A DNA stretch of 61,217 bases, counting the filler. It is 8 parts of 8 records of this genome, joined end to end, with 100 filler letters (N's around TTAATTAATTAA, not from the genome) between each part and the next. Parts side by side here need not be neighbours in the genome. Positions count along the whole stretch, not along the records: positions 52,976 to 61,217 come from DRR723986_17426; 7 more parts are not named here. One strand, written 5' to 3'. A model generated the notes under the pieces. That model was not told where the DNA came from, made no database searches, and saw only the letters and a list, made by a program, of their open reading frames with translations. Shown piece by piece: positions 58,942 to 61,217 of the stretch. Both the position numbers and the translations under genes were made by a program. Positions within the stretch are counted from its first letter, which is position 1. Each line of letters starts with the position of its first letter.

Positions 58942-61083
58942 TCCGTCGGTGATCTCTCCGATCATGGCCACGGGCACGAGAATGTTCCGCAACGCGCCTT
59001 GCAGCTGAGGCACGGCGTCGGCCGGCACCGCCGCCAGCAACCCGCCAGAGGTTTGCGGATCGAACAGGATAGGGTCCGCCAGCCCGTCTAACCGGTCCAG
59101 AACTGCGGCCTCGTTTGCCCCATGGATCGTGGACCTGAGGCCTCTGGCCAGCAGGTCGGCTGCTCCGGGCAACATGGGAACAGTGCGCTGATCCAGCCGG
59201 GCGGCGACACCGGAGGCTTCACAGATATTCAGCAGGTGCCCCGCCAGCCCGAACCCGGTCACATCCGTCATGGCGCGGGCATGCTGCGCAAGGATCCGTG
59301 CGGCCAGGCCGGAACTGGCAGCCATCTGCGCCCATGCCCCGGCGACCGCCTCACCTGGTGCCGAAAGCTGCATGTCCGCAGCGAGGATCACTCCGGTGCC
59401 GAGCGGCTTCGTCAGCAACAGCCGGTCACCGGGCCGCGCCCCTGCCAAAGTGATCGCGGCGCGGTTCAGTAAGCCGGTAACGGTGAAGCCGATGGTCAGT
59501 TCATCCCCCATCGAACTGTGACCGCCGACAATCTCGGCCCCTTCGGCGGCGAACACAGCAGCCGCTTCGGCCATGATTTCCGCCATCCAGCGGGTTTGCA
59601 GGTCAGGCGACAGGCGCGGCAGGATCAGCGTTGCAAGCGCAGTCTGCGGCTCGGCCCCCATGGCCCAACAATCCCCAAGGGCATGAACAGCGGCAATCCG
59701 CGCCTGAAGGGCATGATCGACTGTGAAACCGCGCAGGTGGTCCGTGGTCAGGATCTGCCGTGTGTCGCCCATCTTCAGCACGGCGGCGTCATCACCCGGC
59801 TGCGACAGCACATCCCCGCGCACGGAAACGGGCAAGGAAGCGAGCGCGGATTTCAGGCTGCCCGGCCCGAGCTTGGCCCCGCAGCCCCCACACATGGGCC
59901 TGTCGCCCAGAACCTCGCGGACCCCCGCTGCCATTTCCCGTGGCAGATCCGGAACAGCCATCGGCGACAGATCGCGAAACTTGTCCATGAATTTCTGGTC
60001 AATCCGATCCTTCCAACGCCAAAGAGGGGCACCCGTGCCGACAAGTCCGCGTTTCTCGGCCAATGCGCGTTTGCCGCCCAAAGAGATCAGCTTGAGGTAG
60101 TCGCGCTGCGGACGGAAGGATAACAGGTCCGCCTCTCGCCCCATGGTCAATGCCCGCAGATTGCGCAGCAGAACAGGGGCTGCACGAACCGCAAAGACGC
60201 CCGCCTTGGGGCGCGGATCGAAGGCCAGATCTGCGCAATCCCCGGCGGCAAATACCTCTGGATGAGAAACCGAGCGCAGATGCGTGTCGATGGTGATGTA
60301 GCCCTTGTTAAGGCGCAATCCGGTATCCGCCAGCCACAGATGTGGACGCGCGCCCGCCACGCCGAGCGTAAAGGTGGATGGAACGATCGTGCCGGATGCC
60401 AGTTCCACCCGATCGGCCGTCACCTGAGCCACGGTTTCCGATGGCAGCAGCCGAATACCGGCGTGGGAGAGTTCGTTCAAAAGGCGGGCCTTGGCCTTGG
60501 GATGCATCCCGTCGAGAACTGCCCCCCGGTCGATCAACGTCACGTCCGCTTGCCCGGTGGACGTCTGCAAGCGATGCGCAGCCGCAAGGGACAGTTCCGC
60601 CCCGGCCACGCCTGCCCCGATCACCGCCACCGGGCCGCCACCGTCATCGACAAACCGGGCCCAGGCATCTGCAAAGCGGTCAAGCGGCTTGGCGGCCACG
60701 CCAAACTCGGAAAATCCGGGGATCTCCGGCATCTCGCTATGAATACCAATATCGACAGACAGCAGATCATAGCCAATCGGCGCGCGCCCCGGAACGGTAA
60801 CAAACCGGGCGTCAAGATCGACCCCCGTGACCCCCCCGATCACCAGCCGCGCACCTGCGAAACGCGCCAGCTTGACCAGATCAATATCAAGGGCATCCCG
60901 CGCGTAATGCCCCGCCACATGGCCGGGCAACATGCCGGAATAGGGCGCGGTCGGGCCGGGGTTGATCAGCGTCAAACGAACGCCGGGCAGGGGGCGCATA
61001 CCCCAGGCCTTCAGCACCAGCGCGTGGCTGTGCCCGCCGCCCACAAGCACGATATCCGTCACGATTGGCAGGGCCGGTCCCAT
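58918..61083 (-). CDS. selD: Selenide, water dikinase fused to an N-terminal FAD/NAD oxidoreductase domain
   Basis: N-terminal LVGGGHSH, YSGMLPG, FAAGDCA, PKAGVFAVR; SelD CGGCGAK (Cys form), DDAA, GGHS, TKPLGTG, TDVTGFGL, DPQTSGGLL. Confidence 0.92.
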   Translation of the reverse strand: MGPALPIVTDIVLVGGGHSHALVLKAWGMRPLPGVRLTLINPGPTAPYSGMLPGHVAGHYARDALDIDLVKLARFAGARLVIGGVTGVDLDARFVTVPGRAPIGYDLLSVDIGIHSEMPEIPGFSEFGVAAKPLDRFADAWARFVDDGGGPVAVIGAGVAGAELSLAAAHRLQTSTGQADVTLIDRGAVLDGMHPKAKARLLNELSHAGIRLLPSETVAQVTADRVELASGTIVPSTFTLGVAGARPHLWLADTGLRLNKGYITIDTHLRSVSHPEVFAAGDCADLAFDPRPKAGVFAVRAAPVLLRNLRALTMGREADLLSFRPQRDYLKLISLGGKRALAEKRGLVGTGAPLWRWKDRIDQKFMDKFRDLSPMAVPDLPREMAAGVREVLGDRPMCGGCGAKLGPGSLKSALASLPVSVRGDVLSQPGDDAAVLKMGDTRQILTTDHLRGFTVDHALQARIAAVHALGDCWAMGAEPQTALATLILPRLSPDLQTRWMAEIMAEAAAVFAAEGAEIVGGHSSMGDELTIGFTVTGLLNRAAITLAGARPGDRLLLTKPLGTGVILAADMQLSAPGEAVAGAWAQMAASSGLAARILAQHARAMTDVTGFGLAGHLLNICEASGVAARLDQRTVPMLPGAADLLARGLRSTIHGANEAAVLDRLDGLADPILFDPQTSGGLLAAVPADAVPQLQGALRNILVPVAMIGEITDGSPRIDLV

Positions 61084-61217
61084 GTGTTCCCTCATCTCCT
61101 TGCGGCCCCTGACATAGCGCCTGTCCATCCTCAAAAGCACCCCTCGCGCGGTCGCGACAGGGTAAACACTTCGTCACTCCGCCCCCATTAACCTTAACGC
61201 GCCCGCCCTTTCATCTT

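Noticed and set aside
59870-59900. Selenocysteine in the SelD active site
   Set aside because: The motif reads CGGCGAK with Cys codons; no in-frame TGA

Overview
The window is not one locus. It is eight unrelated contigs joined by artificial 100-nt linkers (N44-TTAATTAATTAA-N44). (1) 1-8452, Planctomycete-like: DUF1501 plus PSD1/cytochrome c pair, rsmG, a PEP-CTERM protein. (2) 8553-13913, Rhodobacteraceae-like: def, MalY/PatB, an EamA transporter behind a MerR/SoxR-type promoter, yqjG, an atypical receiver with a CtrA box, cobC. (3) 14014-23975, FCB-group (T9SS-bearing): a broken membrane-protein gene, ECF sigma, pdxA, CPBP protease, three tandem T9SS Asp-box proteins. (4) 24076-29756, Rhodobacteraceae-like: LysR, aminotransferase, fused E1 alpha/beta 2-oxoacid dehydrogenase, FabD-like acyltransferase, FAD oxidoreductase. 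(5) 29857-36711: MFS plus motB-flgE-flgK-flgL-flgI. (6) 36812-46872, alphaproteobacterial: prfC, two sulfatases, a GCS2-like ligase plus M14 hydrolase pair, VOC, LysE, strictosidine-synthase-like, fliP/fliO. (7) 46973-52875: an integrative element. (8) 52976-61217, Rhodobacteraceae-like: putA, P-type ATPase, beta-hydroxyacid dehydrogenase, selU, selD fusion. The best candidate for an undescribed system is contig 7. It has a tRNA-Leu(TAA) att fragment, a P4-type integrase, a putative regulator, Xis/AlpA, a ~390-nt densely base-paired region and a P2 gpA-type HUH rolling-circle replicase that ends right after its internal ori. An AT-rich ADP-ribosylglycohydrolase cargo gene abuts the ori, and no virion genes are visible. 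Second-tier candidates are the E1 plus FabD-like pair lacking E2 and the GCS2 plus M14 pair. Taxonomy and family calls come from motif recognition only; no searches were run.
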